This document shows positions 18,656-29,411 of a DNA stretch of 49,359 bases, in pieces (position 1 is the stretch's first letter; each line of letters starts with the position of its first letter). The DNA lies in IMG/VR virus record IMGVR_UViG_2875722834_000005, positions 1-49,359 of that record, one strand, 5' to 3'. The notes under the pieces were generated by a model. That model saw only the letters and a list, made by a program, of their open reading frames with translations, was not told the origin of the DNA and did not search any database. The stretch is from a virus. Its lineage: Duplodnaviria; Heunggongvirae; Uroviricota; Caudoviricetes. A program made the translations under genes and the position numbers.

Positions 18656-19999
18656 TTAAACGGGGGTGTTTAACAAATCGTCAGCGGCATCAGAAGATGC
18701 GCTACCTGCTGGGAGTGCACCGGGTGCTGTTTCCATCAAACGATCCAGCGCCGTATCGGTACGCGCCTGGGCACTTTGCGGTGCAGCAGCCAGAATGCGC
18801 TGTGCGCTCTCTACCGTCATACCCGGCGTTTCGGCCAGTGCTCGCGCCTGTGACTCACGCCCTTTAGCCTCATCGCAGTTCAGGATGCCCATGATGCGGC
18901 TATTCTCTGCAGCTACTGCTGCAGTAACCTGCGCACTGACATCTACAGGGGCCGCTACGGAAGCAATGGTCGTATCAACGGTAGTGACCTGTTCAGCTGA
19001 GGCAGTTGTCTGAGTTGCTGCCTGGTCAACTGGCTTAGTGGTCACAGCTGAAGCAGAAGGTGATGGCATAGTTCCTCCAAGGGTTGTTTTTTTGCGTCTG
19101 TCGAGTGCTTCGCGCATCACGCCGAGCGCATCGGTATTGTTAACAAGTTCATCCGCCAGTCCGTTATCCAAAGACTCCTGGCCGGAGAATACTGCCGCTT
19201 CGGTGTCCAGCACGTCCTGAACAGACATGCCGGTATAAGCGGAAACCTTTTCGGCAAACATCTGACGAGTGGCATCGATACGCGTCTGGAAATCAGCACG
19301 CACATCTTTCGGAAGCTTTTCGTAAGGGTTGCCGTCGACCTTGCGATCGCCGCTGTAAATCAGCGTGACCTCAACGCCGTTAGTTTTGAGCGCAGCGCCA
19401 TAGTTGCTGTGCGCCATCATGACCCCAATGGAGCCGGTTCTGGCCGTTTGTGTGACCAGCCGTCGCGATGCCGAACTGGCTATAAGCTGCCCTGCACTGC
19501 AGTTCATGTCATTGGCCAGCGCCCAGATGGGTTTGATATCGCGCATACGGGCTATAATGTCGGCGCAGTCAAACGCCCCGGACACCATTCCACCCGGCGT
19601 ATCCATATCCAGAAGAATGCCGTCAACGCCGGGGTCACTGATTGCCTGCTGCAGGCGAGCAATGATCCCGTTGTAACCCGTCATGCCGGAATAAGGCTGA
19701 AGCGCACGGGTTTTACTGACCAGCGTGCCGGAAACCGGCAAGACCGCGATACCATTTGCCACCTGATAGCTGCGTGATGGACGGGGATCCATGTCATCAT
19801 CCTCACCAAACAGCGCCAGCGGTTCGGCTATTTGTCCGGCATCAAGCGTGATGCCAGAGACGGTATCTGTCAGCCGGGTGATGCCCAACTGGCCAGCCAG
19901 CGCGCAAAAGAAAACCCGCGCATAGGCGGGTTCAAGCATCAGCGGCTCATTAAAGGCCATACTGGCAATATGCGGAAGATTACGCAGCTCGTGCGCCAT
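18656..19999 (-). CDS. C: Capsid assembly protease C (with nested scaffold Nu3)
   Basis: High identity to lambda C over the full length. Confidence 0.9.
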   Translation of the reverse strand: MAHELRNLPHIASMAFNEPLMLEPAYARVFFCALAGQLGITRLTDTVSGITLDAGQIAEPLALFGEDDDMDPRPSRSYQVANGIAVLPVSGTLVSKTRALQPYSGMTGYNGIIARLQQAISDPGVDGILLDMDTPGGMVSGAFDCADIIARMRDIKPIWALANDMNCSAGQLIASSASRRLVTQTARTGSIGVMMAHSNYGAALKTNGVEVTLIYSGDRKVDGNPYEKLPKDVRADFQTRIDATRQMFAEKVSAYTGMSVQDVLDTEAAVFSGQESLDNGLADELVNNTDALGVMREALDRRKKTTLGGTMPSPSASAVTTKPVDQAATQTTASAEQVTTVDTTIASVAAPVDVSAQVTAAVAAENSRIMGILNCDEAKGRESQARALAETPGMTVESAQRILAAAPQSAQARTDTALDRLMETAPGALPAGSASSDAADDLLNTPV

Positions 20000-21572
20000 C
20001 TTGCTCCTCCTCGTTTGATTTTTTCACTCCGGCCTCAAAAGCTGCAGCGGCCCATGCCGGTGGTTTCAGACCCGCAGCACGACGCTCCATGGTTTCCCGG
20101 ACCTGCTGGGCAAAAATCTCCTGATAATCATCACCGCGTTTGGCGCACTCTTTTTCATACGTGCTGAGACCTGCCTCAATGAGCATGACGGCCTCCTGTA
20201 CCTCTTTCAGCCCGTCAATTGCCATTCGACCAGAGCCAATCCAGTTGGCATTCCCCCAGGCTGTTCTCGCCTCCTGGAAACTGAACCGGGCTTTCGAAGG
20301 AAGCGTGACCACGCGGCGGACAATCGCCTCTTCAAGCCAGCAAAGAAACATCTGACAGGCCTGTCGGGATGCCACAAACTTGCGACGCCCCATAAAGTAC
20401 GCCCAGGACTCGTTAGCACTTGCGCGTGCGGTCGAGTAGCTCATCTGCGAATAGTTTCGCGAAAGCTGCTCATACGACACACCAAGCCCAGCGGCAATAT
20501 AACGCAGCAGGGACTGTTCAAAAGTCGAGTAGCCGTTATCGGTATCCTGCGCCGACTGAAGGTTGAGAGAATCACCCGGCAACAGGTGTGGAACCCTTGC
20601 CCCACCCAGGCGAACAGGCGCAGCTGAGTAATAGGACGCCATTTCACCGAGCCAGCCCGTAAGTTTGCTCTGCTGCTCTTTATTATCCGCGCCGAGAATA
20701 AAGTCCATCGCCGATTGGGTATCCAGTTCACTCTCGATGGTAGCGGCATACATAGCCTTCACTATCGCGCTCTGGAGCTGGGTATTTTGCAGGGTATCGA
20801 GCATTTTCATCTGCTCCATCACGCTGTAAAACGCATTGGCCCCACGGGTCTGTCCATCCTCCATCGGTTCGAATACATGGATAAATGAAGGTCGACCGCC
20901 GGGTAGTTCGCGAGGAATGTAGGTCCAGTTCTGCGCCATCCAGCCGGGATAACCATCGTCGCTGACGTAATATCCCAGCGCAGCACCGCTATCATTTATT
21001 TTCACACCGGCGCGACAGTTCCGGGTATCACCGATATTATTCGGATTGCTGACGCGCTTCGGACTGACCATTTTGAACTGAGTACGGAAAAGACGCGTTG
21101 AATCGCTGTCCCAGGTCGCCTGCGTGCATAATTCACCGTTAAACGCGTGCATGGCCACACCTTCTCGGATCATCATCGTAAACGTTCGCTTACGCTCGGC
21201 ATCAATCCCGCAAAAGTCGTCCTCGGCATACTCATTCCATGCAGCTTCCACATCCCGCGAGAATGCCCGTGAATCCTCCTCATTTATTCCCAGATAACGC
21301 CAGCTTGGTCGATAACTGAGTCTGAAAAATGACCCGACGATGTGGTCCTGGTGGAGCTGCACGGCGTTTGCCGCGTAGCCATTATTTCGCACCAGATCGT
21401 CAGCGCGGGCATTTCCGCGAGAATAGTTGGGTAGGAGTGCGGCATCTGCACTTTCACTCGGCGGATTCCAGCCTCGCAGCTGCCCACCAAACCCGCCTCC
21501 ACCGCCATGATATCCTGCGTATTCCCGAAGGGATGTTTTCCCGTCAGGTCCCACCAAAGATGGTATTTTCAT
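19980..21572 (-). CDS. B: Portal protein B
   Basis: 530 aa, lambda B-like, overlaps C start as in lambda. Confidence 0.9.
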   Translation of the reverse strand: MKIPSLVGPDGKTSLREYAGYHGGGGGFGGQLRGWNPPSESADAALLPNYSRGNARADDLVRNNGYAANAVQLHQDHIVGSFFRLSYRPSWRYLGINEEDSRAFSRDVEAAWNEYAEDDFCGIDAERKRTFTMMIREGVAMHAFNGELCTQATWDSDSTRLFRTQFKMVSPKRVSNPNNIGDTRNCRAGVKINDSGAALGYYVSDDGYPGWMAQNWTYIPRELPGGRPSFIHVFEPMEDGQTRGANAFYSVMEQMKMLDTLQNTQLQSAIVKAMYAATIESELDTQSAMDFILGADNKEQQSKLTGWLGEMASYYSAAPVRLGGARVPHLLPGDSLNLQSAQDTDNGYSTFEQSLLRYIAAGLGVSYEQLSRNYSQMSYSTARASANESWAYFMGRRKFVASRQACQMFLCWLEEAIVRRVVTLPSKARFSFQEARTAWGNANWIGSGRMAIDGLKEVQEAVMLIEAGLSTYEKECAKRGDDYQEIFAQQVRETMERRAAGLKPPAWAAAAFEAGVKKSNEEEQDGARAA

Positions 21573-21775
21573 ACGTAAAACCCTGCTGGCCCCCGGCGTC
21601 GTGATGTGGTGCCAACCTGAGATTCAAGGTCAGCAATATATTTTTTGAGATCGCTGACTGAAGTGGCTGTAAATTCCACTCTTCGACCGTCTTTCTGTAC
21701 CGTCGCCACGCGCTTTCCCATCATCAGGTCATGTAACGCAGCGCGCGCGGCATCCAGTTCAGTCTGTGTTGCCAT
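21569..21775 (-). CDS. W: Head-tail joining protein W
   Basis: 68 aa, near-identical to lambda W. Confidence 0.9.
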   Translation of the reverse strand: MATQTELDAARAALHDLMMGKRVATVQKDGRRVEFTATSVSDLKKYIADLESQVGTTSRRRGPAGFYV

Positions 21776-23697
21776 TATTCATCTCCAGATAATGCCCGCG
21801 CGTAATCCGCCAGGGTCTTGTTATTGTTACGGCTGCCTTCTTCCTCCAGCAGGCTGGCCAGAAGTGAATCAAGATTTAGCTGCCAGCGGGATATGCTTAT
21901 ACGCAGCGCCGCCAGTGCATAAACAAAGCAATCGAGCGCCTCATTTCGTCGTTTTTTGCTGTCCCATACGATCTTTTTCTTTCCGTCTACCCATTTTTCC
22001 ACCTGCTCTTCAGCTGTTAGTTGTTGGGCCTCTGTTAGATCGTAGATTTCTGGGTTATTCGGGAAATGAACCGCTCCCGCCAGCGGCTCGTCTCTTTGCG
22101 CCACCAGCGTGAAACGGTTATAAATCTGCTCTTTTGCGGTGTCTGTTCCTACCTCTGTGAGGTAAACACCATTCTTGTTACGCTTGCGTGGCATGTTCGC
22201 CACTGGCTTTCCATAAACCGACGCCCCCTTTATAGGGATCACACGAAACAGACCGTGTTTTTTTGAGCGGTTGTAGACGATGGTGGGATCAATGCCGCCA
22301 ATATCCCAGCAAGTGCGGGATATAACCATTTCGAGACCGTTCTGGCGCTTATACGTCCTGTTGATCGCTTCATCAACTCGAGCGAGAGTCGACTCATCAT
22401 CATGACGACCCATAATGATAATTTTGTCGATAAGCCAGCTTTCCTCTCCCGGCCCCCATCCCCAAACACGCATTTCGTAACGGTCAAGCTGGGAGTCAAT
22501 ACCCGCTGTCAGATATGCCACTCGCTCCGGCACAGACGCTTCAAAGTGCTCTTTTCGTTCCGCTAAAACTTCAGCATCGGGTCGTTCACCTATTTTCGGT
22601 TCCCACGTTTCGCCCAGGGTCGTGTTAACGAAAGTTTTTCGCTTACCCGTATCACCTTTTGTTTTTATCCAGTCCTTGACGATCTGCACCCAGGTTGTGA
22701 ACGGGCTATATGCGGTCCAGATGTGGAATGTAACGCTGTCAGGAGGTTCAATTTCGGTACCGGATGAAGAAAACCAGTTAAGGCCGTCTCGTGTCCAGAT
22801 ACCTGTTTCATCACAAATATACCTGGCCTCCAGAAATTCCAGCTCCTGTTGTTTAATCACACAGGCATTGTGTTCACAGAGGTAGTAAACGCTGGCAGGT
22901 TCTCCCGGAGACCATTTGAAGCCAAATGGTGTCTCTTTATCACCGAATTTCAGATACTGCTCTTCCCCACAGTGTGGGCATGGAACATGGAACCGAAGAA
23001 AATGTTCAGACTCCTTAGCAGCTCTTTCTATCTGGCACGTACCTTTGACTTTCGGTGTAGATCCGCGAATGGATTTCGGCCATACAGAACCCTCAATACG
23101 CTTATCACCCAGAAAGGTGGGAGAACCTTCTTTCTCGATGTCATCATCGAAAGCGGCGAGCTCGTCGTAGCCAGCCACATCAACTGATTTTTCACGGTAG
23201 TTTTTTGCAGCCTTACCGCCCAGGCACCAGAAACCACGACCATTCGAGAAACGCTTCATGCTCAGCGTATTGTCCCGGTGTTTTTTACCGTACCAGGGAG
23301 CAAGCGCCAGCAACGTCGGAATATCACGAATGGTCGGTTCTACATGAGACTTCATGAAGTTTTCAGCATCACCGTCGGTTGGTAACCATATTAGGGAGTT
23401 ACGCTGTTTATGTTGGATGAAATATGCGTAAACGCCGAGCAACATTTTTGAGTAGCCGACACGAGCCGATTTAACGACATTCACCTCGCGAATATAGTCA
23501 TTACCCATCGCATTCATAATTGCACGCTGAAATGGCAGTGTTTCCCAGCGCCCTTCCTGGTAGGCAGACTCTTTCGGGAGATAATAATTCTCATCTGCCC
23601 ATTCAACTGCTGTTTGCGGTTGCGGCCGGTACAGCGAACGTAACCCCGCCCGCGCAGAGTGCTGCAGCCCCTTAACCTGACTGTTCGATATATTCAC
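21775..23697 (-). CDS. A: Terminase large subunit A
   Basis: 640 aa, near-identical to lambda A N-terminal region. Confidence 0.95.
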   Translation of the reverse strand: MNISNSQVKGLQHSARAGLRSLYRPQPQTAVEWADENYYLPKESAYQEGRWETLPFQRAIMNAMGNDYIREVNVVKSARVGYSKMLLGVYAYFIQHKQRNSLIWLPTDGDAENFMKSHVEPTIRDIPTLLALAPWYGKKHRDNTLSMKRFSNGRGFWCLGGKAAKNYREKSVDVAGYDELAAFDDDIEKEGSPTFLGDKRIEGSVWPKSIRGSTPKVKGTCQIERAAKESEHFLRFHVPCPHCGEEQYLKFGDKETPFGFKWSPGEPASVYYLCEHNACVIKQQELEFLEARYICDETGIWTRDGLNWFSSSGTEIEPPDSVTFHIWTAYSPFTTWVQIVKDWIKTKGDTGKRKTFVNTTLGETWEPKIGERPDAEVLAERKEHFEASVPERVAYLTAGIDSQLDRYEMRVWGWGPGEESWLIDKIIIMGRHDDESTLARVDEAINRTYKRQNGLEMVISRTCWDIGGIDPTIVYNRSKKHGLFRVIPIKGASVYGKPVANMPRKRNKNGVYLTEVGTDTAKEQIYNRFTLVAQRDEPLAGAVHFPNNPEIYDLTEAQQLTAEEQVEKWVDGKKKIVWDSKKRRNEALDCFVYALAALRISISRWQLNLDSLLASLLEEEGSRNNNKTLADYARALSGDE

Positions 23698-24217
23698 TCA
23701 GCAACCCCGGTATCATTTCATCCAGCGCAGCTGCCTTGTTCATGGCCTTAATGATGTCCTTCTTGAGGAAATCAATATGTCGGTTCTCCAGCTCCGGGAA
23801 GCGCCGCTGAACCGACAGAGGTATTCCATCGAGAATGCTGGCGATTTCTCCGGCTACCCGCGACAGCACGAACGTGCAGAATGCGGTCTCCACCACTTCA
23901 GCGGACTCTTTTGCATTTTTTAATTCCTGAGCGTCAGCCTGAGCTCGCGTAAGTCGGTGTCGCTCATATTCAATCGTGCCAGGTTGAAGATCGGACTCAG
24001 AAGCGATACGGAGATCTTCAACTTCCTTCCGCAACTTTTCATTTTCTATAGCTGCATCGCGCGCACTGTACCATTCGATTGCAGCAGCAGATTCAAAGAG
24101 AACCTCATTACCTTTGCCACCACCGCGGACAACCGGCATACCTTGCTCCTGCCAGTTCTGAATCGTTCGGACGCTTACCCCGAAAATTTCGGATAAGCGT
24201 TTTTTATTAACCTCCAT
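23672..24217 (-). CDS. nu1: Terminase small subunit Nu1
   Basis: 181 aa, near-identical to lambda Nu1. Confidence 0.95.
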   Translation of the reverse strand: MEVNKKRLSEIFGVSVRTIQNWQEQGMPVVRGGGKGNEVLFESAAAIEWYSARDAAIENEKLRKEVEDLRIASESDLQPGTIEYERHRLTRAQADAQELKNAKESAEVVETAFCTFVLSRVAGEIASILDGIPLSVQRRFPELENRHIDFLKKDIIKAMNKAAALDEMIPGLLSEYIEQSG

Positions 24218-24392
24218 GGCTTACTCCTGGCAAAAAACAGAGAAAGGAAACAATCAACGGTAAACTTCCGTTTTCCTTGCTCAGCATTTCCTTTCTGGAG
24301 AGAGGACGTTTTTAACAAAAACAATGAGTAAACAAGAAGAAGAACGGAAATGGCATAAACCAGAAAATTTTCATAAATAGCGAGAATCTGCG

Positions 24393-24404
24393 CGGACGCC
24401 GCCC
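24393..24404 (-). other. cosN cohesive-end site (GGGCGGCGTCCG) with lambda-like cosB context
   Basis: Minus-strand GGGGCGGCGTCCGCGCAGATTCTCGCTATTTATGAAAATTTTCTGG parallels the lambda left end GGGCGGCGACCTCGCGGGTTTTCGCTATTTATGAAAATTTTCCGG. Confidence 0.65.
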
Positions 24405-24462
24405 CGTAACAAGGCGGATCGCCGGAAAGGACCCGCAAACGATAATAATTATCAATTGCACA

Positions 24463-25191
24463 CTATCGACGGCACTGCTGCCAGATAACACCACCGGGGA
24501 AACATTCCATCATGATGGCCGTGCGGACATAGGAAGCCAGTTCATCCATCGCTTTCTTGTCTGCTGCCATTTGCTTTGTGACATCCAGCGCCGCACATTC
24601 AGCAGCGTTTTTCAGCGCGTTTTCGATCAACGTTTCAATGTTGGTATCAACACCAGGTTTAACTTTGAACTTATCGGCACTGACGGTTACCTTGTTCTGC
24701 GCTGGCTCATCACGCTGGATACCAAGGCTGATGTTGTAGATATTGGTCACCGGCTGAGGTGTTTCGATTGCCGCTGCGTGGATAGCACCATTTGCGATAG
24801 CGGCGTCCTTGATGAATGACACTCCATTGCGAATAAGTTCGAAGGAGACGGTGTCACGAATGCGCTGGTCCAGCTCGTCGATTGCCTTTTGTGCAGCAGA
24901 GGTATCAATCTCAACGCCAAGCGTCATCGAAGCGCAATATTGCTGCTCACCAAAACGCGTATTGACCAGGTGTTCAACGGCAAATTTCTGCCCTTCTGAT
25001 GTCAGAAAGGTAAAGTGATTTTCTTTCTGGTATTCAGTTGCTGTGTGTCTGGTTTCAGCAAAACCAAGCTCGCGCAATTCGGCTGTGCCAGATTTAGAAG
25101 GCAGATCACCAGACAGCAACGCGCCACGGAAAAACAGCGCATAAAGCACTTCATTAGCAGCGCCAGATAGCGTAATGATTTTGTTACTCAT
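24463..25191 (-). CDS. Hypothetical protein (243 aa) immediately upstream of cos
   Basis: ORF with AAGGAAA RBS at the internal ATG; no recognised family. Confidence 0.5.
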   Translation of the reverse strand: MSNKIITLSGAANEVLYALFFRGALLSGDLPSKSGTAELRELGFAETRHTATEYQKENHFTFLTSEGQKFAVEHLVNTRFGEQQYCASMTLGVEIDTSAAQKAIDELDQRIRDTVSFELIRNGVSFIKDAAIANGAIHAAAIETPQPVTNIYNISLGIQRDEPAQNKVTVSADKFKVKPGVDTNIETLIENALKNAAECAALDVTKQMAADKKAMDELASYVRTAIMMECFPGGVIWQQCRR

Positions 25192-25365
25192 GGAATATTT
25201 CCTTTTAGGCGTGAGCCTGTCGCACGGCAATGCCGCCCGAGAGGTAAACGCAACCTAACGGCATCACCCAGGCTCACTACTGAAAGACTCTCTTTGATGT
25301 GCGCGTGCGATGCGCGTAGAAGACTGATTTATCAACCTGTCTTTATATCAGGATTCATTACCTGA

Positions 25366-25596
25366 CTATTTGTGGGTAAAGTTCGTAGTGCGCTGATCGT
25401 GCAAAATGATTTTAGTTGGGAACAGTTCGCAACTCTGTCCCATAAAAATCAGCATATTCCCATCTATCCCATATCCAGCGCATTGACCATCGGGATACTG
25501 AAGGGAGATTCCATCATCTCTTAGAAAGATCACCATCTCTTTTGTTTCAATTTGCATATAGCTACCTGGAGGATTTATGAATGCAAGGATTTTCAT
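25366..25596 (-). CDS. Hypothetical small protein (weak call)
   Basis: ORF only; its 5' end overlaps the start of the divergent plus-strand gene. Confidence 0.2.
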   Translation of the reverse strand: MKILAFINPPGSYMQIETKEMVIFLRDDGISLQYPDGQCAGYGIDGNMLIFMGQSCELFPTKIILHDQRTTNFTHK

Positions 25597-26191
25597 GGAC
25601 TATTACCATGAGATTGATTTTCCATCTTTATTCGCGAGAGCAGTGGAAAGCGATGACGATGTGGGTACTACATTGCGCATTCACCTACTTTGTGAGCGCA
25701 TGGTCGAAGCATGGATATGCGCATGCTGTGACTGCCAAGATCTCTTTGGAAGAGATAAAAACAAACTTTTAATCGAATGTAATACTAAAATATCCATGGC
25801 GGGAAACCTGGGAATCCCCCCGGAACTTATGAAATCACTTAAAACCATCAACTCAATGCGTAATGACCTTGCACACAATCCATCAATACAAAGCATTGCT
25901 GATTCAAGGATCCAGAGCCTGAAGGATACTCTGACTGAATACTTTAAACAGCATCCAACGGAACCCAGCATGGAAGAATCAAAACTGGGTATTTTTAACG
26001 CCGAGAATCAATTAACCGAAGAAGTTTCCTTAGATAGTGACAGTTCAAAAAACAGACTTAAGTTAATCTTGCTGTTCAGCAAGTTAATGCAGGCGTTAAT
26101 GCAATTAGTTGCAGCTAATCATAATGGGCGCTGGGATAACCAATTTAGCCAATTCGTTTACCATGTGACCATGAACGCAACAAAGAGATAA
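25577..26191 (+). CDS. Hypothetical protein with HEPN-like Rx4H motif; accessory gene in AT-rich segment
   Basis: 204-aa ORF with GGAGGA RBS; motif SMRNDLAHN fits the HEPN R-x4-6-H signature; opposite strand to the late operon. Confidence 0.5.
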   Translation: MNARIFMDYYHEIDFPSLFARAVESDDDVGTTLRIHLLCERMVEAWICACCDCQDLFGRDKNKLLIECNTKISMAGNLGIPPELMKSLKTINSMRNDLAHNPSIQSIADSRIQSLKDTLTEYFKQHPTEPSMEESKLGIFNAENQLTEEVSLDSDSSKNRLKLILLFSKLMQALMQLVAANHNGRWDNQFSQFVYHVTMNATKR

Positions 26192-26337
26192 ATCCAAGCC
26201 CGTTTTGTACGGGCTGTTGCATTATCACAGGCACTCAGTGAATGCTTTCTGTAATGCAGTTAGTCGAGTAGCAATACAGCATGCCTCTCAACCACGGGAT
26301 TGGATATAACCCAGTGAATGTATTATCGATGAAAAAA

Positions 26338-26353
26338 GGCCGCCTAAGCGACC
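26338..26353 (-). terminator. Terminator-like hairpin with U-run after the 83-aa gene
   Basis: Minus strand GGTCGC-TTAG-GCGGCC followed by TTTTTTC. Confidence 0.4.
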
Positions 26354-26361
26354 TTTTGCTT

Positions 26362-26613
26362 TTATCTTGACCTGATGATTTTTTCTATAGCTAAATGGAC
26401 ACGTTGATAATCATCAGTCCCAACGGGATATGAAGGGCTTCTTCTTCCGGCCACTTCGCCGTTGTAAACCATCTGAACTTTGATTACCTCAACATTTTCA
26501 CCATCCCAGATTTCAGTTCCACGAGAAACTTTGTAATGCGTGTTACTTGGGTGTGGTTTAGATGCTGTCACTAACTCTACAGAGTCTTCGATGGGGAAAT
26601 ATGTTTTTGCCAT
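26362..26613 (-). CDS. Hypothetical protein (83 aa) downstream of lysis cassette
   Basis: ORF followed by terminator-like hairpin; no recognised family. Confidence 0.45.
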   Translation of the reverse strand: MAKTYFPIEDSVELVTASKPHPSNTHYKVSRGTEIWDGENVEVIKVQMVYNGEVAGRRSPSYPVGTDDYQRVHLAIEKIIRSR

Positions 26614-26675
26614 AATGTTACCTTTGGTTTCCTATGGTATTCCTTTGGAATCCTATAGAAAGGATAACGGGTACT

Positions 26676-26927
26676 TCATGGCTTGTCCACAAATTTTAGA
26701 GTGCTCGTCTTTACCTTTTTGGGATTACAGTTCACCTTCCATGCTTTGTTATGCACTAGGATGTCGCGCTTCGTCTGCTTATCCATAACGGCAATATCGT
26801 GGTCAGTAAGATAGATGGGCTTTACCCAATCACAGGCGGTATCAACGACTACCGGGGCGGGTCCAGTTGTTGCGCAGCTCACGATCAACATCGTCGCCAA
26901 GCATATGGTTAACACTCTGCTGTACAT
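26676..26927 (-). CDS. Outer-membrane lipoprotein, candidate o-spanin
   Basis: Signal peptide plus lipobox IVSC; overlaps the 3' end of the preceding TM/coiled-coil gene in another frame. Confidence 0.55.
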   Translation of the reverse strand: MYSRVLTICLATMLIVSCATTGPAPVVVDTACDWVKPIYLTDHDIAVMDKQTKRDILVHNKAWKVNCNPKKVKTSTLKFVDKP

Positions 26928-27117
26928 TGCTGGCCTCTTTCGTTGTTTCTACCCGGCGTTCAGCAACAGCTTCAGTAGCTGTTGCACGTTCTTCAGTGCG
27001 TTGCTGGTCCGCTTTTGTCTCAGCGATGTTAGTACCGCGCGATTTACCCAGACCAAAAGCACCTGCAATTGCAGCCAGCACAGCAACAGCCAGGCCGATA
27101 ATCATTTCAAGTCCCAT
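26842..27117 (-). CDS. Candidate i-spanin (N-terminal TM helix plus charged periplasmic domain)
   Basis: Start set at MGLEMII, 8 nt after endolysin stop with GAGG RBS. Confidence 0.5.
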   Translation of the reverse strand: MGLEMIIGLAVAVLAAIAGAFGLGKSRGTNIAETKADQQRTEERATATEAVAERRVETTKEASNVQQSVNHMLGDDVDRELRNNWTRPGSR

Positions 27118-27124
27118 AGCGACC

Positions 27125-27742
27125 TCATACCAGTGCGGCTTTTGCTTTGGCGTAGCGTGCACGACGGTCGTTAATGCCGTTCTGTCCACCATTGATGATC
27201 TGGGTGATGCGAACCAGATCGCCGGAATAGCTCAGGCATCCGCTGGTGGCGTAGAACCATGCAGCTGAACGTGCCGCGTTGATATCCTTTTCCAGCAACT
27301 CAGGATTACTGACTAAATCCAGTTTTAATCCCGTTCCGCAGCGGCGGTAATTATCAAGACCGGTAATCTGAATCAGCCCACGGCCACGATATTTCCACCC
27401 ATCGCCTGATGCTTTGTTACCGAGGCGATTGCTGTACACCAGATTTGCAATGGCTGGCTGATTGGCTACGTGCCCTTTTTCTTTGTCACGCCCAAGCATA
27501 TATGCCTGATAGTTCGTAATGCGGCGTCCAAATGTGGTCAGCAGAGCGGCTGGGGTGTAGTTGAAGCTCTCCACCAGCGCAGAGAATCCCGCTGATTCAT
27601 GTCCTGACTGAGCAATAAACATTGCCTGGTCTTCAGGCTTAACAATGCCGAACTCTTTCATTGCCGCGTCAATGTGCGGAAACCAGCGCGTAGCTAACCC
27701 GGCGCTTACACCAGCCGCCTGTTGAAATTGTGATTGGTTCAT
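27125..27742 (-). CDS. Endolysin, glycoside hydrolase family 19 (chitinase-like lysozyme)
   Basis: Motifs AQSGHESAGF and YRGRGLIQITG resemble GH19 catalytic signatures. Confidence 0.75.
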   Translation of the reverse strand: MNQSQFQQAAGVSAGLATRWFPHIDAAMKEFGIVKPEDQAMFIAQSGHESAGFSALVESFNYTPAALLTTFGRRITNYQAYMLGRDKEKGHVANQPAIANLVYSNRLGNKASGDGWKYRGRGLIQITGLDNYRRCGTGLKLDLVSNPELLEKDINAARSAAWFYATSGCLSYSGDLVRITQIINGGQNGINDRRARYAKAKAALV

Positions 27743-28041
27743 TAATGCCTCAGCGTATCAACGAGACGCGCCACATTCCCACGAGCCCATAACACGGCAG
27801 CGCAAATAAGAAGGTTTACGATGACCACCATCCAGTGTGACTCCTGGTAGAGGCCGAACAGATATCGGAATGGAACGCTGGCATAAACCAGCACAACGAA
27901 GTACGCCAGCAATGATATAGCGGGGCGATGTCTTGCCCCTTCACGCTGGTAGAACATCAGGACAAGGACGATGACCGCACAAATACCTGCATTCACCATC
28001 GCTGACGGATCACTTGTTACCATTGCTGGCCCCTCCTCCAC
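27742..28041 (-). CDS. Holin-like small membrane protein
   Basis: About 99 aa with two to three predicted TM helices, directly upstream of endolysin. Confidence 0.55.
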   Translation of the reverse strand: MEEGPAMVTSDPSAMVNAGICAVIVLVLMFYQREGARHRPAISLLAYFVVLVYASVPFRYLFGLYQESHWMVVIVNLLICAAVLWARGNVARLVDTLRH

Positions 28042-28405
28042 GGAATCGCGAAAGAATACTGAACAGGCTTCCCAAATCCTGACTGTTGAAAAATGTGAGC
28101 ACTTTGATTGTCATCGCCGCCACTACAACAGCACCAAGTGCGTCTAATGGTCTGTCACTATACCCGGTAGCCTGTGACAGCTTTGAACCCACCAGTCCAG
28201 CGGCAAGAACGCCAACAATGAATGACGTCATGAAGTAAGCAATCAATCGTACTCGTGTGATATTTGCCGCTGTCGCTACATAAAATACTGCACCAGCGAA
28301 TGCGCCAAATACCACGCCATAATCAATACCGGTTGCAAGACCAAATACGCTGGCTCCCATCAGGCCACCAGCCGCGACCGTAGTGCCAGAAACAGGATCG
28401 GACAT
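28010..28405 (-). CDS. Holin-like membrane protein
   Basis: 131 aa, multiple TM helices, first gene of the lysis cassette. Confidence 0.55.
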   Translation of the reverse strand: MSDPVSGTTVAAGGLMGASVFGLATGIDYGVVFGAFAGAVFYVATAANITRVRLIAYFMTSFIVGVLAAGLVGSKLSQATGYSDRPLDALGAVVVAAMTIKVLTFFNSQDLGSLFSILSRFRGGGASNGNK

Positions 28406-28457
28406 TAAGCCCCCTCTTATTGCTGTGAGTCCTCTCAGGAATGAGGGGAATAAAAAA

Positions 28458-28475
28458 GGCCACCCGAAGGTGGCC
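28458..28475 (-). terminator. Rho-independent terminator GGCCACC-TTCG-GGTGGCC plus U-run after the protease gene
   Basis: Seen directly; same element as at 8952-8967. Confidence 0.6.
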
Positions 28476-28499
28476 TTATGTGATTCGAGGATATATCGT

Positions 28500-29399
28500 T
28501 TAGCGAATATTCCACATCATCGTGCTGCCATTATGATTTTCAATAATTTTCGCAGCAGGACTCGTACCAAATGAATGCATGTAGCAATGATGTATAGTCA
28601 GCACAAGATCCTGCAGAGTTTGGTCGCTCTCCAGCTCCATAATGTTCAAACCAATGCTTTGCGCTTTATCCAGATGAATATGTCTAGCATGCGCATAGGT
28701 TGTATGATGATTGTTTAGCTCATCACAAATTCGCTTAGCCTTATCTTGAGCGTTAGCATGACCTGCAAACATACCAGTACACAGCCATTTTTGTACTATT
28801 TCATTAGCCCAAACAATAGCCTTTTCACATTCACCAATGAGAGTCGGGTTTAGCTTTTGAAGAGTAAATTGCCACCATTGGATCGCTGCAGCATTTTCAG
28901 AAATCTCTTTCTTAGCTCGCTCATACTCTTCTATGATCGCATGAGATGATAAACCACCAAGCTGCGGATCAATTGGCCCCAAATTTGACTGTTTGCCCAA
29001 TACAATCTGTTCGGCACAGCAAGCCAACATGGTCCCACAACTCATTGAGATCATAGGAACAATTGCCCGGATATTGGTCCCAAATTTTGAACGAAGATAA
29101 TGACCAATAGATTCCAATGCTGCAATATCTCCCCCTGGGGTATGAAGCAAGATATCCAGCCCTAATGACGTGTCTAAGCCGTTAATGGCTGACATAAGAC
29201 CATTTTTATCGTCATCTGACATTTGTATTAAATGCTGCAACCCAGGCCCCCCCTTCTGGAGGAAGCCTGAGTAATATGAAATTACGTTTCGGCCTGTATG
29301 CTTCGACAACTCTCGTAAGTACTTGTGGCGAACCTCATCCGCTGGTGTACGTTGAGCAATAGTACCCATCTCGCCCAACACGTCTATCCAATTTGGCAT
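28500..29399 (-). CDS. ClpP/crotonase-fold serine peptidase (S49/SDH-like), moron between Q and lysis genes
   Basis: 299 aa; HTPGGDIAA and MISMSCGTMLA motifs resemble ClpP/SppA-type peptidases; AT-richer than flanking phage DNA. Confidence 0.7.
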   Translation of the reverse strand: MPNWIDVLGEMGTIAQRTPADEVRHKYLRELSKHTGRNVISYYSGFLQKGGPGLQHLIQMSDDDKNGLMSAINGLDTSLGLDILLHTPGGDIAALESIGHYLRSKFGTNIRAIVPMISMSCGTMLACCAEQIVLGKQSNLGPIDPQLGGLSSHAIIEEYERAKKEISENAAAIQWWQFTLQKLNPTLIGECEKAIVWANEIVQKWLCTGMFAGHANAQDKAKRICDELNNHHTTYAHARHIHLDKAQSIGLNIMELESDQTLQDLVLTIHHCYMHSFGTSPAAKIIENHNGSTMMWNIR

Positions 29400-29411
29400 G
29401 TTCTTCTTTTA

